From assembly GCA_965224245.1 (NCBI GenBank), contig OZ245046.1, positions 6,048,001-6,112,000 of the forward strand: 64,000 nucleotides of DNA. Reading direction: 5' to 3'. Positions within the stretch are counted from its first letter, which is position 1. Each line of letters opens with the position of its first letter. Under the pieces are notes generated by a model. It saw nothing but the letters and a program-made list of their open reading frames with translations. It ran no database searches and had not been told where the DNA came from. The position numbers were made by a program, and so were the translations under genes. The stretch is from Candidatus Eiseniibacteriota bacterium (lineage in GTDB: Bacteria; Eisenbacteria; RBG-16-71-46; CAZAMP01). Below are positions 20,998 through 31,810 of the stretch, piece after piece.

Positions 20998-22347
20998 ATG
21001 AAGCTCGTCGAAAACTTCCGCTCGATGATGGCGATCCCGGAGCTGAAGCGGCGCCTCGCGTTCACGGCTCTGGTGCTGTTCATCTACCGCATCGGAAGCC
21101 ACGTCCCGACGCCGGGCATCAACGGGCGCGCGCTGTCGGCCTACATGGACGCGATCGCGGCCTCGGGCGGCCAGACGCTCTTTGGCCTGTACGACCTGTT
21201 CGTGGGCGGGAACTTCTCGAACGCGACCATCTTCGCGCTCGGGATCATGCCGTACATCTCCGCGTCCATCATCCTGCAGCTGCTCGGGGCGCTGGTCCCG
21301 TACTTCCAGCGTCTCCAGAAGGAGGGCGAGGAAGGACGCCGGCGGATCAACCAGATCACGCGATACGGCACGGTCGGGCTGTCGCTGATCCAGTCGGCGG
21401 CGCTGAGCGGCTATCTGGTGAGCTTGAACACGCGCGTGCTCGAGGTGGCCGGAAACGTGGGACAGATCGTCCCCAATCCGGGCCTCGACTTCACGCTCCT
21501 GACCATGCTCACCCTCACGACGGGCACGGTCTTCGTGATGTGGCTCGGCGAGCAGATCACCGAGCGCGGCATCGGAAACGGCATCTCGCTGATCATCTTC
21601 ATCGGCATCGTGGCCCAGTATCTGGGTGACATGATCCGCACGGCGCAGGGCGTGATCAACGATCAGATCGATCCCTTCCTGTTGCTCGTGTTCGGCGTGG
21701 TGGCGGTCGGCATCATCGCCCTCGTGGTGGCCATGACGCAGGCCCAGCGGAAGATCCCGGTGCAGTACGCGCAGCGACGCGTGGGGGCCAAGCTCTACCG
21801 GGGCGGCAGCACGAGCATCCCGCTCCGGCCGAACACCGCGGGCGTGATCCCGATCATCTTCGCCCAGTCGATCATGATCTTCCCGGCCACGATCGCGGCG
21901 TTCTTCCCGAACTCCGAGTTCATGACCCGGTTCCAGGCCGTCATGAGTCCGGGACAGGTCGTGTACTCGGTGGTGTACGCGGCCATCATTCTGTTCTTCG
22001 CGTACTTCTACACCGCGATCGTGCTGAACCCGGTGGATCTGGCGGACAACCTGAAGAAGCAGGGCGGGTTCATCCCCGGCATCCGTCCGGGCAAGAAGAC
22101 CGCCCAGTACATCGACCGGATCCTGACTCGCATCACGCTGCCCGGCGCGGTCTACCTCGCGTTCGTCGCCGTCCTGCCCGACTGGATCCTGTCGCGCACG
22201 AACTTCCCGTTCTACTTCGGTGGGACGGGGCTCCTGATCGTGGTCGGCGTCGCGCTCGACACGCTGTCGCAGATCGAGTCGCACCTCCTGATGCGCCACT
22301 ACGAAGGGTTCATGAAGAAGGGTCGGGTCAAGGCCCGGCGCGCGTAG
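20998..22347 (+). CDS. secY: Preprotein translocase subunit SecY
   Basis: IFALGIMPYISASII, WLGEQITERGIGNG, GGFIPGIRPG. Confidence 0.98.
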   Translation: MKLVENFRSMMAIPELKRRLAFTALVLFIYRIGSHVPTPGINGRALSAYMDAIAASGGQTLFGLYDLFVGGNFSNATIFALGIMPYISASIILQLLGALVPYFQRLQKEGEEGRRRINQITRYGTVGLSLIQSAALSGYLVSLNTRVLEVAGNVGQIVPNPGLDFTLLTMLTLTTGTVFVMWLGEQITERGIGNGISLIIFIGIVAQYLGDMIRTAQGVINDQIDPFLLLVFGVVAVGIIALVVAMTQAQRKIPVQYAQRRVGAKLYRGGSTSIPLRPNTAGVIPIIFAQSIMIFPATIAAFFPNSEFMTRFQAVMSPGQVVYSVVYAAIILFFAYFYTAIVLNPVDLADNLKKQGGFIPGIRPGKKTAQYIDRILTRITLPGAVYLAFVAVLPDWILSRTNFPFYFGGTGLLIVVGVALDTLSQIESHLLMRHYEGFMKKGRVKARRA

Positions 22348-22361
22348 CGAGGGATGCGATC

Positions 22362-23033
22362 GTGGCCGGGTCACCGATCGTGCTCATTCTGTTCGGGCCC
22401 CCCGGGTGCGGCAAGGGCACACAGGGGGCGCGACTGAGCCGGGCCAAGGGGATTCCGTCGATCTCGACGGGCGACATCCTTCGCCAGGCGGTTCGAAACG
22501 AGACGCCGCTGGGGCGCGAGGCCAGGCGGTTCATGGACGCCGGGCAGCTGGTGCCCGACGACGTCATGTTGAAGCTGATCGGCGAGCGGCTCGGCGAGCC
22601 GGACGTCGGGGACGGGTTCATGCTGGACGGCTTCCCGCGCACCGTCGTCCAGGCCGACGGGCTGGAAGAGGTCCTGTCGGGGAAGGGGTTCGAGATCTCG
22701 AGGGTGGCCAACATCCGGGTGCCGAGGGCCCGTCTCATCGAGCGGCTCACGGCCCGGCGGATCTGCACGGCCTGCGGGGCGACGTTCAACACGACGTTCC
22801 TCCCGCCGCCGCCGGACGGTACATGTGCCGATCCTGCAACGAGTTGCAAGGGTGAGCACGTCGTCCAGCGGGCGGACGACCGGGCCGAGACCGTCGAGGC
22901 CCGGCTGGACGTCTACGAGCAGAGCACGGCGCCCCTGATCGCGTACTACCGCGAGCGCGGCCTGCTCACCGACGTGGACGGCGACTCGGACCCGGATACG
23001 GTGTTCGACCGGCTGATGGCGGTGGTGGCGTGA
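22362..23033 (+). CDS. adk: Adenylate kinase
   Basis: GPPGCGKGTQ, STGDILR, LDGFPRT, Cys-containing LID. Confidence 0.97.
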   Translation: MAGSPIVLILFGPPGCGKGTQGARLSRAKGIPSISTGDILRQAVRNETPLGREARRFMDAGQLVPDDVMLKLIGERLGEPDVGDGFMLDGFPRTVVQADGLEEVLSGKGFEISRVANIRVPRARLIERLTARRICTACGATFNTTFLPPPPDGTCADPATSCKGEHVVQRADDRAETVEARLDVYEQSTAPLIAYYRERGLLTDVDGDSDPDTVFDRLMAVVA

Positions 23034-23818
23034 TCATCATCAAGACCCCCGAGGAGATCGAGGGGATCCGCGCCGCCTGCCGGGTGGTCGCGGGGGCGCT
23101 CGGCGAGGCCCAGAAAATGATGAATCCGGGGGTGACTACCGGCGAGATCGATAATAAAATCGAGCGCTTCATTCGCGACGCGGGTGGCATTCCGGCCTTC
23201 CTCGGCTACCAGGGGTTCTCGGGAAGTACGTGCATCTCGATCAACGACGAGGTCGTGCACGGGATCCCGACGCCCGAACGGCGCCTCGAGAACGGCGACG
23301 TCGTGGGCGTGGACATCGGGGTGAAGCTGAACGGCTTCTTCGGCGACTCGGCCCGGACGTTCGGGGTGGGCGAGATCTCCGAGGAGCTCCAGCACCTGCT
23401 CCGGGTCACACGCGAGTCGCTGGAGGCGGGCGTCGAGGAGGCGCGGCCGGGCAACCGGGTCGGCAACATCTCGGCGGCCGTCCAGGAGCGGGCCGAGGCC
23501 GGGGGGCTGGCCATCGTGCGCACGCTGGTCGGACACGGGGTCGGCAAGCACCTCCACGAGGATCCGGCCATCCCGAACTTCGGCAGGAAGGGCGACGGAC
23601 CCAGGCTCGAGCCGGGCATGGTCGTCGCGATCGAGCCGATGCTGAACCTCGGCACCGAAGAGGTGAAGACGCTTTCGGACGGCTGGACGATCGTGACCGC
23701 GGACGGCAAGTGCTCGGCGCACTTCGAGCACACGGTGGCCATCCTGGAGAGCGGTCCCGAGCGGCTGACCGAGATGGAGTCCGAGACGAACGCGCGCCCC
23801 GGCGCGCGGCAACGATGA
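23030..23818 (+). CDS. map: Methionine aminopeptidase type I
   Basis: CISINDEVVHGIP, GHGVG, AIEPM, SAHFEHT. Confidence 0.97.
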   Translation: MIIIKTPEEIEGIRAACRVVAGALGEAQKMMNPGVTTGEIDNKIERFIRDAGGIPAFLGYQGFSGSTCISINDEVVHGIPTPERRLENGDVVGVDIGVKLNGFFGDSARTFGVGEISEELQHLLRVTRESLEAGVEEARPGNRVGNISAAVQERAEAGGLAIVRTLVGHGVGKHLHEDPAIPNFGRKGDGPRLEPGMVVAIEPMLNLGTEEVKTLSDGWTIVTADGKCSAHFEHTVAILESGPERLTEMESETNARPGARQR

Positions 23819-23838
23819 ATCTGAGTAGAGGGTAGGGC

Positions 23839-24057
23839 TTGGCGAAGCAGCAAGGCATCCAGCTGGAAGGCACGGTCACCGAGACCCTGCCGAACGCGAT
23901 GTTCCGGGTCGAGTTGTCCAACGAGCACACGATCCTGGCCCACGTGTCCGGGAAGATGCGCATGCACTTCATCCGGATACTGCCGGGCGATCGCGTCACG
24001 GTCGAGCTGTCGCCTTACGATCTGACCCGAGGTCGGATCGTCTATCGATTCAAATAG
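23839..24057 (+). CDS. infA: Translation initiation factor IF-1
   Basis: [10 protein letters not shown]...[17 protein letters not shown]. Confidence 0.97.
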   Translation: MAKQQGIQLEGTVTETLPNAMFRVELSNEHTILAHVSGKMRMHFIRILPGDRVTVELSPYDLTRGRIVYRFK

Positions 24058-24177
24058 ACGAGCCCCATCCCGCGGGAGCGGGACGGCACGCCACCGACCG
24101 GATCCGACGAAGGAGCCGGGCGTCACGTGTCGGGGCGCCACGGCGTCCCCTGGACGCGTCCGGGGAGGGACGAGGCA

Positions 24178-24294
24178 ATGAAGGTCAAGGCTTCGGTAAA
24201 ACGAGTCTGCGAGTACTGCAAGATCGTGCGTCGGCGTGGCGTCGTACGCGTGATCTGCTCGCGCAACCCGCGACACAAGCAGCGTCAGGGCTAG
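24178..24294 (+). CDS. rpmJ: 50S ribosomal protein L36
   Basis: Manual translation: [38 protein letters not shown] (absent from ORF track). Confidence 0.96.
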   Translation: MKVKASVKRVCEYCKIVRRRGVVRVICSRNPRHKQRQG

Positions 24295-24363
24295 TCGATC
24301 CCGTCGGGAGCCGGCGACCGCCGTCGCCGCCCCGGGATCGGACGAGTCTGAAGGAGGTAATTG

Positions 24364-24738
24364 GTGGCGCGAATCGCCGGTGTCGATCTTCCGAACGCGA
24401 AGCGGGTCGAGGTCGCTCTCACGTACATCTACGGGATTGGACACACGTCGTCCTCTCGGATCCTCTCCACCACGGGTGTCGACCCGGACAAGCGGGTGAA
24501 GGATCTGACCGAGGAGGAGAGCAGCCGACTCCGCAACGAGATCGAGAAGAACTACCGCGTCGAGGGTACGCTCCGGGCAGAGATCCAGATGAACATCAAG
24601 CGTCTGAAGGACATCAACTGCTACCGGGGTCTCCGACATCGCCGGAATCTTCCGGCACGCGGTCAGCGTACGAAGACGAACGCGCGCACCCGCAAGGGAC
24701 CGAAGAAGGGTGCGATCGCTCTGAAGAAGAAGGCGTAG
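24364..24738 (+). CDS. rpsM: 30S ribosomal protein S13
   Basis: ARIAGVDLP...LTYIYGIG...[14 protein letters not shown]. Confidence 0.97.
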   Translation: MARIAGVDLPNAKRVEVALTYIYGIGHTSSSRILSTTGVDPDKRVKDLTEEESSRLRNEIEKNYRVEGTLRAEIQMNIKRLKDINCYRGLRHRRNLPARGQRTKTNARTRKGPKKGAIALKKKA

Positions 24739-24875
24739 CCCGGGACTCCATCTCGAGCACGCTGGTTCGTCTCGGCCGACCGTCCGAACAACACGTGTGA
24801 CGTCGCGAACCACCGCGCGTTCACACCGCCGAACACTGCGTAAACCGCCCAGACGGAGCGGGAGGAAGCAAGAAC

Positions 24876-25268
24876 GTGGCAAAAGACAAGAAAGGCGCGC
24901 GCCGGAAAAAGGACAAGAAGGCTCCTCCGGCAGGCGTCGTGCACATCCAGGCGACCTTCAACAACACGATCGTGACGATCACCGACACGGCCGGGGCCAC
25001 CGTGTCCTGGGCGAGCGCGGGCATGGTCGGCTTCAAGGGCTCGCGCAAGAGCACGCCCTTCGCGGCGCAGCTGGCCGCGGACAAGGCCGCCAAGGAGGCG
25101 CTGGCCGTCGGCATGCGTCAGGTCGAGGTCTGGGTCAAGGGTCCGGGCTCGGGCCGAGAGGCGTCGGTGCGCTCCATTCAGGCGGCCGGCCTCAACATCA
25201 CGTCCATCCGCGACGTGACCCCCATCCCCCACAACGGTTGCCGCCCGCCCAAGCGGCGACGGGTCTAA
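24876..25268 (+). CDS. rpsK: 30S ribosomal protein S11
   Basis: [12 protein letters not shown]...[18 protein letters not shown]. Confidence 0.97.
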   Translation: MAKDKKGARRKKDKKAPPAGVVHIQATFNNTIVTITDTAGATVSWASAGMVGFKGSRKSTPFAAQLAADKAAKEALAVGMRQVEVWVKGPGSGREASVRSIQAAGLNITSIRDVTPIPHNGCRPPKRRRV

Positions 25269-25283
25269 GGGGGGATACCGACC

Positions 25284-25910
25284 ATGGCACGTCATACCGA
25301 TCCCGTGTGCAAGCTCTGCCGCCGGGAGGGCACGAAGCTCTTCCTGAAGGGGCAGCGGTGCTACTCGCAGAAGTGCGCGATCGAGACCCGCAACTACGCT
25401 CCCGGCGAGCACGGCCGGGACCGCCGTCGCAAGGTATCCACCTTCGGCACGCAGCTGCGTGAGAAGCAGAAGATCCGCCGCATGTACGGCATGATGGAGA
25501 AGCAGTTCCACTCGTACTACCAGCGAGCCGACCGCGCCAAGGGCGTGACCGGCGAAGTGCTGATGCAGCTCCTGGAGCTCCGTCTCGACAACCTCGTCTA
25601 TCGCATGGGGTTCGCCCCCTCGCGGGCGTCGGCGCGACAGCTCACCCGGCACGGGCACTTCACCGTCAACGGCCGCGTCGTGGACATCCCGTCGTTCCAC
25701 TGTCGAGCGGGCGACGTCATCCAGGTCCGCGACAAGAGTCGCAAGCTCCAGATCATCTCCGACTCGCTCGAGGGACGGCGCAGCGCCGATCTCGAGTGGT
25801 TCACCACGAACGAGAAATCGTTCGAGGGACGCATCCTGAGCATTCCTCGACGAGATCAGATCCCGGCTCCCGTGCAAGAGCAGTTGGTCGTCGAGCTCTA
25901 CTCGAAGTAG
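25284..25910 (+). CDS. rpsD: 30S ribosomal protein S4
   Basis: CKLCRREG...LELRLDNLVYR...VVELYSK. Confidence 0.97.
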   Translation: MARHTDPVCKLCRREGTKLFLKGQRCYSQKCAIETRNYAPGEHGRDRRRKVSTFGTQLREKQKIRRMYGMMEKQFHSYYQRADRAKGVTGEVLMQLLELRLDNLVYRMGFAPSRASARQLTRHGHFTVNGRVVDIPSFHCRAGDVIQVRDKSRKLQIISDSLEGRRSADLEWFTTNEKSFEGRILSIPRRDQIPAPVQEQLVVELYSK

Positions 25911-25972
25911 CCCTTCCCGTGTCCATGGCCGCGCTGGCGCGCGAGCGGGACACACCAAGGAGGATGCCGTTT

Positions 25973-27019
25973 ATGAAGTGGAAGAACCTCCAGATGCCGA
26001 AGCGCATCCAGCAGATCGCCGAGGACGAGGCCAACAACTACGGTTGCTTCGTCATCGAGCCGCTGGAGCGTGGCTTCGGGGAGACGCTGGGGAACGCCAT
26101 TCGTCGAGTGCTGCTCTCGTCGTTGCAGGGCGCGGCGATCTCCGCGGTTCGCATCGACGGCGCGCTCCACGAGTTCTCCACGCTTCCGGGCGTTCTGGAA
26201 GACGTCTCCCAGATCATCCTGAACCTGAAGCAGGTGCGGCTGAAGCACCACGGGGACGGTGAGCGCAAGGGCTACATCCGGGTCGAGGGCGAGCGGACGG
26301 TGACCGCCGCCGACCTCGAGCTTCCGGCCGACGTCGAGGTGCTGAACCCCGAACAGCACATCGCCACGCTCAACCGCGAGGGTCGGCTCGAGCTGGAGGC
26401 GGAGATCACGCCGGGCCGCGGCTACGTCTCGGCCGACCAGCACCTGGGCACCGACCGCCCGATCGGCGTGATCCCGATCGACTCGCTGTTCTCGCCGGTC
26501 CCGCGCGTGAACTTCGAGGTTGAGCGCATGCGCATCGGTCAGCGGATCGACTACGACAAGCTGATGGTCCACATCTGGACCGACGGCAGCATCGTGGCGC
26601 AGGACGCGCTCTCGATGGCGTCGAAGATCCTCCGCGATCACTTCGCGCTCCTCATCAACTTCGAGGACGACTTCGACGAGGAGCCGCTGGAGGAGGTCGA
26701 CGAGGAGAAGTCGCGTCTGCGCGCGCTTCTGATGAAGAGCGTGGACGAGCTCGAGCTCTCCGTGCGCTCGTCGAACTGCCTTCGCGCGGCGAAGGTCCGC
26801 ACGATCGCGGACCTCGTCCAGAAGGGCGAGCAGGAGATGCTCAAGCAGCGCAACTTCGGACGCAAGTCGCTCAAGGAGATCGAGGACATCCTGGGCGACA
26901 TGGGTCTTCATTTCGGAATGGACGTGTCCGACATCATCAGCGGCATGCCGATGGGTCCGTCGTCCAGTTCGACGGGCAACGACACCGAGCCGGTCACGGC
27001 CGACGCGTCGATCGACTAG
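25973..27019 (+). CDS. rpoA: DNA-directed RNA polymerase subunit alpha
   Basis: [22 protein letters not shown]...[11 protein letters not shown]...NFGRKSL. Confidence 0.98.
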   Translation: MKWKNLQMPKRIQQIAEDEANNYGCFVIEPLERGFGETLGNAIRRVLLSSLQGAAISAVRIDGALHEFSTLPGVLEDVSQIILNLKQVRLKHHGDGERKGYIRVEGERTVTAADLELPADVEVLNPEQHIATLNREGRLELEAEITPGRGYVSADQHLGTDRPIGVIPIDSLFSPVPRVNFEVERMRIGQRIDYDKLMVHIWTDGSIVAQDALSMASKILRDHFALLINFEDDFDEEPLEEVDEEKSRLRALLMKSVDELELSVRSSNCLRAAKVRTIADLVQKGEQEMLKQRNFGRKSLKEIEDILGDMGLHFGMDVSDIISGMPMGPSSSSTGNDTEPVTADASID

Positions 27020-27046
27020 CGCCGACCGCGGAAAAGGAATCGAGTC

Positions 27047-27577
27047 ATGCGACACAGGCGACAGGGCCGCCAGCTCAGCCGTACCGCGAGCCACCGGCGC
27101 GCCATGCTTCGCAACATGGTCACCTCGCTCTTCGAGCACGAGCGAATCACGACGACGGTGCCGAAGGCACGCGAGGCCCGTCGTGTGGCCGAGAAGCTCA
27201 TCACCCGCGCCAAGCGCGGCGACCTGCACGCCCGCCGTCAGGCGGCGAGCTACCTCCGGAGCGACGCCGTCGTCCGGAAGCTCTTCGAGACGATCGCGCC
27301 CTGGTACGCCGAGCGGCCGGGCGGCTACACCCGCATCGTCAAGCTGGGCAACCGGCAGGGCGACGGCGGCGAGATCGGCATCCTGGAGCTGGTCAAGACC
27401 GGCGAGCTGGCCGAGGCCGACATCAAGGCCCGCGCCGATCGCGCCGAGGCCCGTGCCGAGCGCCGCGCCACGCGCGCGCGTGAGAAGGCCGAGGCCGCCG
27501 CGGCGGCGGCCAGCGCGGCCGGGATGCCGGCCGACGACGAGGACGACGACGACGAGGATGACGACAAGGACAAGTAG
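27047..27577 (+). CDS. rplQ: 50S ribosomal protein L17 with Ala-rich and acidic C-terminal tail
   Basis: [17 protein letters not shown]...[10 protein letters not shown]. Confidence 0.97.
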   Translation: MRHRRQGRQLSRTASHRRAMLRNMVTSLFEHERITTTVPKAREARRVAEKLITRAKRGDLHARRQAASYLRSDAVVRKLFETIAPWYAERPGGYTRIVKLGNRQGDGGEIGILELVKTGELAEADIKARADRAEARAERRATRAREKAEAAAAAASAAGMPADDEDDDDEDDDKDK

Positions 27578-27621
27578 TCCGCGATCGTCCATCGTCGCCG
27601 AGATCCGTGGAACGCAGTTCG

Positions 27622-27660
27622 AGAGGCCGATCCTCCGAGAAGGAGGGTCGGCCTCTTCTC
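27622..27660 (+). terminator. Hairpin terminator at the end of the ribosomal superoperon
   Basis: AGAGGCCGATCCTCC-GAGAA-GGAGGGTCGGCCTCT followed by TCTC. Confidence 0.7.
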
Positions 27661-27840
27661 GTGGTCCATCCCGGCTTCCCGGGATATCGACCTGGACGAG
27701 CGAGCCTCCGGCACTCCCGCATGACGCGCATGATCGCCCCCCGTGGCATGGACGTCCTCGCCCTGGTGACGCTCATGACTCCTCGTGACACTCGTGGCGT
27801 GCGGCACGGTGCCGCGCCCCGGTGCAACCCCGGTGACCCA

Positions 27841-27993
27841 GGCGATCGTGTGACCCAGGCGATCGTGTGACCCCGGCGATCGTGTGACCCCGGCGATCGT
27901 GTGACCCAGGCGATCGTGTGACCCCGGCGATCGTGTGACCCCGGCGATCGTGTGACCCAGGCGATCGTGTGACCCCGGTGATCGCGTGACCCT
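27841..27993. repeat. 17-bp tandem array GGCGATCGTGTGACCC(A/C), 8 copies plus 1 degenerate
   Basis: Counted directly; last base runs A,C,C,A,C,C,A,C. Confidence 0.95.
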
Positions 27994-28330
27994 GGTGCCC
28001 TGGCGATCCGGTAACCCAGGACCCGCGTGATCCGGTGACCGGCGCGACCGCGCGACCCCGTGACCCGCGCGACCCCCTGACCCGCGCGACCCGGCGACCC
28101 CGTGCCCCGCGTGACCCGGTGATCCCGTGCCCCGCGTGACCCGGTGATCCCGTGCCCCGCGTGACCCGGTGATCCCGTGCCCCGCGTGACCCGGTGCCCC
28201 GCGTGACCCGGTGCCCCGCGCGACCCGGTGCCCCGCGTGACCCGGTGATCCCGTACCCCACGTGACCCGGTGCCCCGTGCGGCCCAGGGACCCGCGCGAT
28301 CCGGTGACCCAGGCGACGCCGTGACCCTCG
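27994..28330. repeat. Degenerate low-complexity array built on CGTGACCCGGTG(ATCCCGTG)CCC
   Basis: Many imperfect copies continuing the 17-bp array. Confidence 0.85.
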
Positions 28331-28538
28331 GGCCATCATGTCAGCTCGTGACGGTGGTGAACCTCTCGGCGCGCGTGACCCTCGTGGTCCGGACGATGCC
28401 CGTCGCCCGGTTGATGCCGACGAAGCCCGTCGCCCGTTCGCGTCCCCGACAGGTTCGCGTCCCCGCCAGGTTCGCGCACGCGGGAGACGGCTCGCTCACC
28501 CGGCGCACGGGCTCGTTCGGTCGCTCGACGACTCGCTG

Positions 28539-30155
28539 TCACTCGCGCCGTCGCGCGACGAGCCACACCTCGCGCGCCGCGGCCACCGGCATCGCGTGCA
28601 ACGCGGCGTGACAGCGCCAGCACACCGTGGCCAGGTTCTCCATCGTGTTCCGACCCCCGCGCTCCACGGGCAGCCGATGATGCACCGCGAGGTGATGACG
28701 GCTGTTGCACCCGGGTACACGGCATCGGTGCTCGTCGCGCGCGAGCACGCGTCGCCGCAGGCTCGGCGCGATGCTGGCGCGCCGCCGACCGCGAGCGTCG
28801 ACGACGTCCGCGTCGGCGAGAATGGCCCGGCGCATGACATCGTTGAGCGGACGATCGCCGACGCGCGCCCGATGACAGGTCGGACAGTCCTGGACGACGA
28901 TCTGATAGCACGACCGCGGTCCCGCCTCTGCCACCATCGCCGACGACGAGGAAGACGGCGTGGAGCATGACGCCGAGGAGGACGCTGCCGACGACGCCGA
29001 CGCCGGAGACGACGGAGGCACGCGGGATGAGGAAGCCGACGGGGATGAGGAAGACGGCGCCGTCGACCGAGCCGCCGCTTCCGCCGACGTCGACCGAGGC
29101 GCCGACCCCGACGACAGGGCGTTCGCGAACATCGCCATCGCCGCGACGACGAACTCCGCCTTCGAGCCCCGGAACCCGTGCTTCCGGGCGTGCTCCCACG
29201 CGGCCTCGGCGTGCGCATGGGAGAGGGTGTCGAGCCGCACGCGCAGCTCGAGAGTCACCTCGAGCGTCGGCGCCGATGTCACGGCCGCATCGCCGACCCC
29301 AGCGACCGAGTCGACGTCCGCGACCGAGTCGGCCACCGAAGGGCAGTCGTCCGCGACGGTGGAGTTGGTCCCCGCGGCGGAGTCGACCGCTGCGGCCGAG
29401 TCAGCCACCGCGTCCGCGCCGGCGCCGGACACGGCGATGCTGTCCGCGTTGGCGAGATCGGCCGCGATGGCCTCATCGGCGGCCCGCGCGACGTCGGCCG
29501 CGCCGATCGTCGGCGACGACGCCGCGTCCCCTCGTGACGATGGCTTCGCCGGCACCGGATCGACCCGGATCGTCTCCTGCGCCCCGCCACCGACCGCACG
29601 CCGCGCCGCCCCCCGGGCGTCCGCGATCCGCTGCTCCAGCTCCCGACGCGACAGGCGCGACGCCAGCCCGATCCACGCATCCGCGGACGAGGCGGTCAGG
29701 ATCGGGGCGATCGCGCGCGCCTTCGTCCAGCTCAGCCGGCCCGACGCCATCGCGTCGCGGAGCGCCGGGAACTCCCGCATCCGCTCGGACAGCCCCCGCA
29801 GCTGATGACACCGCGACGCCGACATCTCCAGTCGCTCCATCGCGTACGCCAGCATCGAGGTGAAGCCGAGCACGCGATAGTGGTGCTCGGCGTCGATCTC
29901 GGCGAACGACAGCGCGACCGCGACGCTCGCGCGGCCTTCCAGACGTCGCACGCGCTCCAGCCGCCGGCAGGCGCGACGCGAGCGCGCCTCGCGCCGAGCG
30001 TCCGTCCCCTGAAGACGGGAGCGCGCGTTGTTCCGAACGTCCGTCCCCTGAAGACGGGAGCGCGCGTCGCTCCGAACGTCCGTCCCCTGGAGGCCGCTCG
30101 TGTTCGTGCTGGACATGCTCGCGACACGCGATGGCTCGGTCCTGGACACCCGCAT
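28539..30155 (-). CDS. HNH endonuclease with DUF222-like N-terminal region and low-complexity linkers
   Basis: C-terminal RRVLARDEHRCRVPGC...LAVHHR...GG...ENLATVCWRCH; N-terminal ALRDAMASGRLSWTKARAI. Confidence 0.8.
   Translation of the reverse strand: MRVSRTEPSRVASMSSTNTSGLQGTDVRSDARSRLQGTDVRNNARSRLQGTDARREARSRRACRRLERVRRLEGRASVAVALSFAEIDAEHHYRVLGFTSMLAYAMERLEMSASRCHQLRGLSERMREFPALRDAMASGRLSWTKARAIAPILTASSADAWIGLASRLSRRELEQRIADARGAARRAVGGGAQETIRVDPVPAKPSSRGDAASSPTIGAADVARAADEAIAADLANADSIAVSGAGADAVADSAAAVDSAAGTNSTVADDCPSVADSVADVDSVAGVGDAAVTSAPTLEVTLELRVRLDTLSHAHAEAAWEHARKHGFRGSKAEFVVAAMAMFANALSSGSAPRSTSAEAAARSTAPSSSSPSASSSRVPPSSPASASSAASSSASCSTPSSSSSAMVAEAGPRSCYQIVVQDCPTCHRARVGDRPLNDVMRRAILADADVVDARGRRRASIAPSLRRRVLARDEHRCRVPGCNSRHHLAVHHRLPVERGGRNTMENLATVCWRCHAALHAMPVAAAREVWLVARRRE
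29980..30090. repeat. 39-bp coding tandem repeat (LQGTDVRxxARSR, about 3 copies)
   Basis: CGTCCGTCCCCTG at 29999, 30038 and 30077. Confidence 0.9.
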
Positions 30156-30543
30156 GATGCACCCCTCAGTCGACGGTGTTGATCATCAGAGGACCGGCCG
30201 ATCCGAACGCACGGCGCCGCGTCATCAGACGGCGCCGACGGAGATCGACCGGCGAACGCCATCGCCCGGGGCGTGCGCGGCGAAGGAACCGGGGCAGCTG
30301 CTCGATCCAACGGGGGGAGAGCTCGGCCGACCTGGGGCTGATCGACGTGAGAAAGTTACCGGAATCGCCCGCCGAAGTCAAGCATAAATCAATACGTGAC
30401 AATAAGTTAACACGCTCCGGCGCGCACTCTGACCCGCCTCGCCGGAGGCGTTCGCGCGCCGGTCGGTGACCTCCCAGGCCGACCGCAGCGCCCACCACCG
30501 TTGCGCGGGGCGCCCGGCGCCCCGTGCTCGGTGTCCCGCGCTG

Positions 30544-30607
30544 GGCGTCCCGCGCCCCGCGCTCGAGTCCCCGCGCCCGGCGTCCCGCGCCCCGCGCTCG
30601 AGTCCCC
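30544..30607. repeat. 29-bp direct repeat with 35-bp period
   Basis: GGCGTCCCGCGCCCCGCGCTCGAGTCCCC at 30544 and 30579. Confidence 0.8.
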
Positions 30608-30845
30608 ATGCCCCGCGTTGCCCCGTGATTACCCGGGTACGATCGCCACCTCCGGCATCCGGCCGGAGCGGCGAGCAAGGCGGCGGGCAAAGCGGCGCCG
30701 TCGCGCGAAAGAGGCTCGACGTCGTCATCGAGGTCTCGAGACGAGCTCCGCCACCTGCGGCGATTCCCGGATTGACCCTTCTCGTCGGGGCCCCACCGGC
30801 GCGGGAGCCCGTTCGGTGACGGAGGGAGCCGCCGGTCCGCCGGCG

Positions 30846-31661
30846 TCAGCGATAGAGGGCCTTCATCCGGCCCCACGTCGACCGGTTGACCGGCGTCCCC
30901 GCGCAGGCGTCACAGGTGGGCACGGCGATGCCGTCGCACTCCTCGCAGCCGGACACCCACACGCAGGTGCCGTCGGAACGGCAGCACCAGGTCCCGCCGG
31001 TCGGTCGATCCGAGGACACCTCCACGTATCGGAGTAGCGCGAGCTCGTAGCCGATGCCGAACACGTCGGTGGCGGGCGTCCAGTCCGCGAAGCCGAAGAA
31101 GTCGGATCGGAAGTGAGCCTCGGCGCCGTTCCCGGTTCCGGTGGCGACGCCCCACTGCGGTGGGAAGCACGCGTCGGCGATGACGCTCACGTGGTAGGTA
31201 CACCCGTACTCGAGAAAGACGTAGGAGAAGGTCCCACAGTATCCGTACGGGTCGCCCGGTGCCTCGTTGTACTCGGTCAGGTAGCGGGTCGCCACTTCCT
31301 CGCCGGGAACACCCGCGTCGTCCAGATAGTACGAGATGCGGAATCCGTCCGGCGGCACGGGCGATCCGTTCCAGTAGACACCCCACCAGCCGATGCCGAC
31401 GTCGCCGTATCCGGCCACGAAGTCGTCGGCCATCTCGGAGACGAACGGGTAGCAGACGTCGTCCTGCGAGGACAGGCCGCTCTGACCGTCGGGAAACTGC
31501 TCCCACTCGATGAAACCGTCGCAGTCGTACGGTCCGGGCTCGAGCGAGCCGCCCGATGGCGTGGCGGTGAGCGTGGGCACGTCCGCGCCCGCGGGTAGCG
31601 CGAGGGCGGCGGCGAGAACCGGGATCGAGAGAGCCAGTCGTGCCGATGCGTGGTGTGACAT
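30846..31661 (-). CDS. Secreted beta-rich protein with Cys-rich linker and C-terminal TPVNRSTWGRMKALYR tag
   Basis: SD GAGG and ATG 31661; signal peptide; SEMADDF...WWGVYW core. Confidence 0.8.
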   Translation of the reverse strand: MSHHASARLALSIPVLAAALALPAGADVPTLTATPSGGSLEPGPYDCDGFIEWEQFPDGQSGLSSQDDVCYPFVSEMADDFVAGYGDVGIGWWGVYWNGSPVPPDGFRISYYLDDAGVPGEEVATRYLTEYNEAPGDPYGYCGTFSYVFLEYGCTYHVSVIADACFPPQWGVATGTGNGAEAHFRSDFFGFADWTPATDVFGIGYELALLRYVEVSSDRPTGGTWCCRSDGTCVWVSGCEECDGIAVPTCDACAGTPVNRSTWGRMKALYR

Positions 31662-31810
31662 GCGGACCTCGCGGGTTACGGGAGGGCGGCACCTCGGGGC
31701 TACGTGTGGTCGGATTCTATCACGCGGGGGCAGAGCACGGACGGCCTGCGGGACGGGACGTGCGGGCGGGAGTCCGGCGACGTGGGACGTCGGGTGACCC
31801 GCGAATCGGC

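Noticed and set aside
27841-28330. Possible CRISPR array
   Set aside because: Units are contiguous with no unique spacers, and there are no cas genes in the window.
28703-28722. Reverse-complement match to the 46-bp repeat core inside the HNH gene
   Set aside because: It encodes the conserved CRVPGC motif, so it is probably coincidental.
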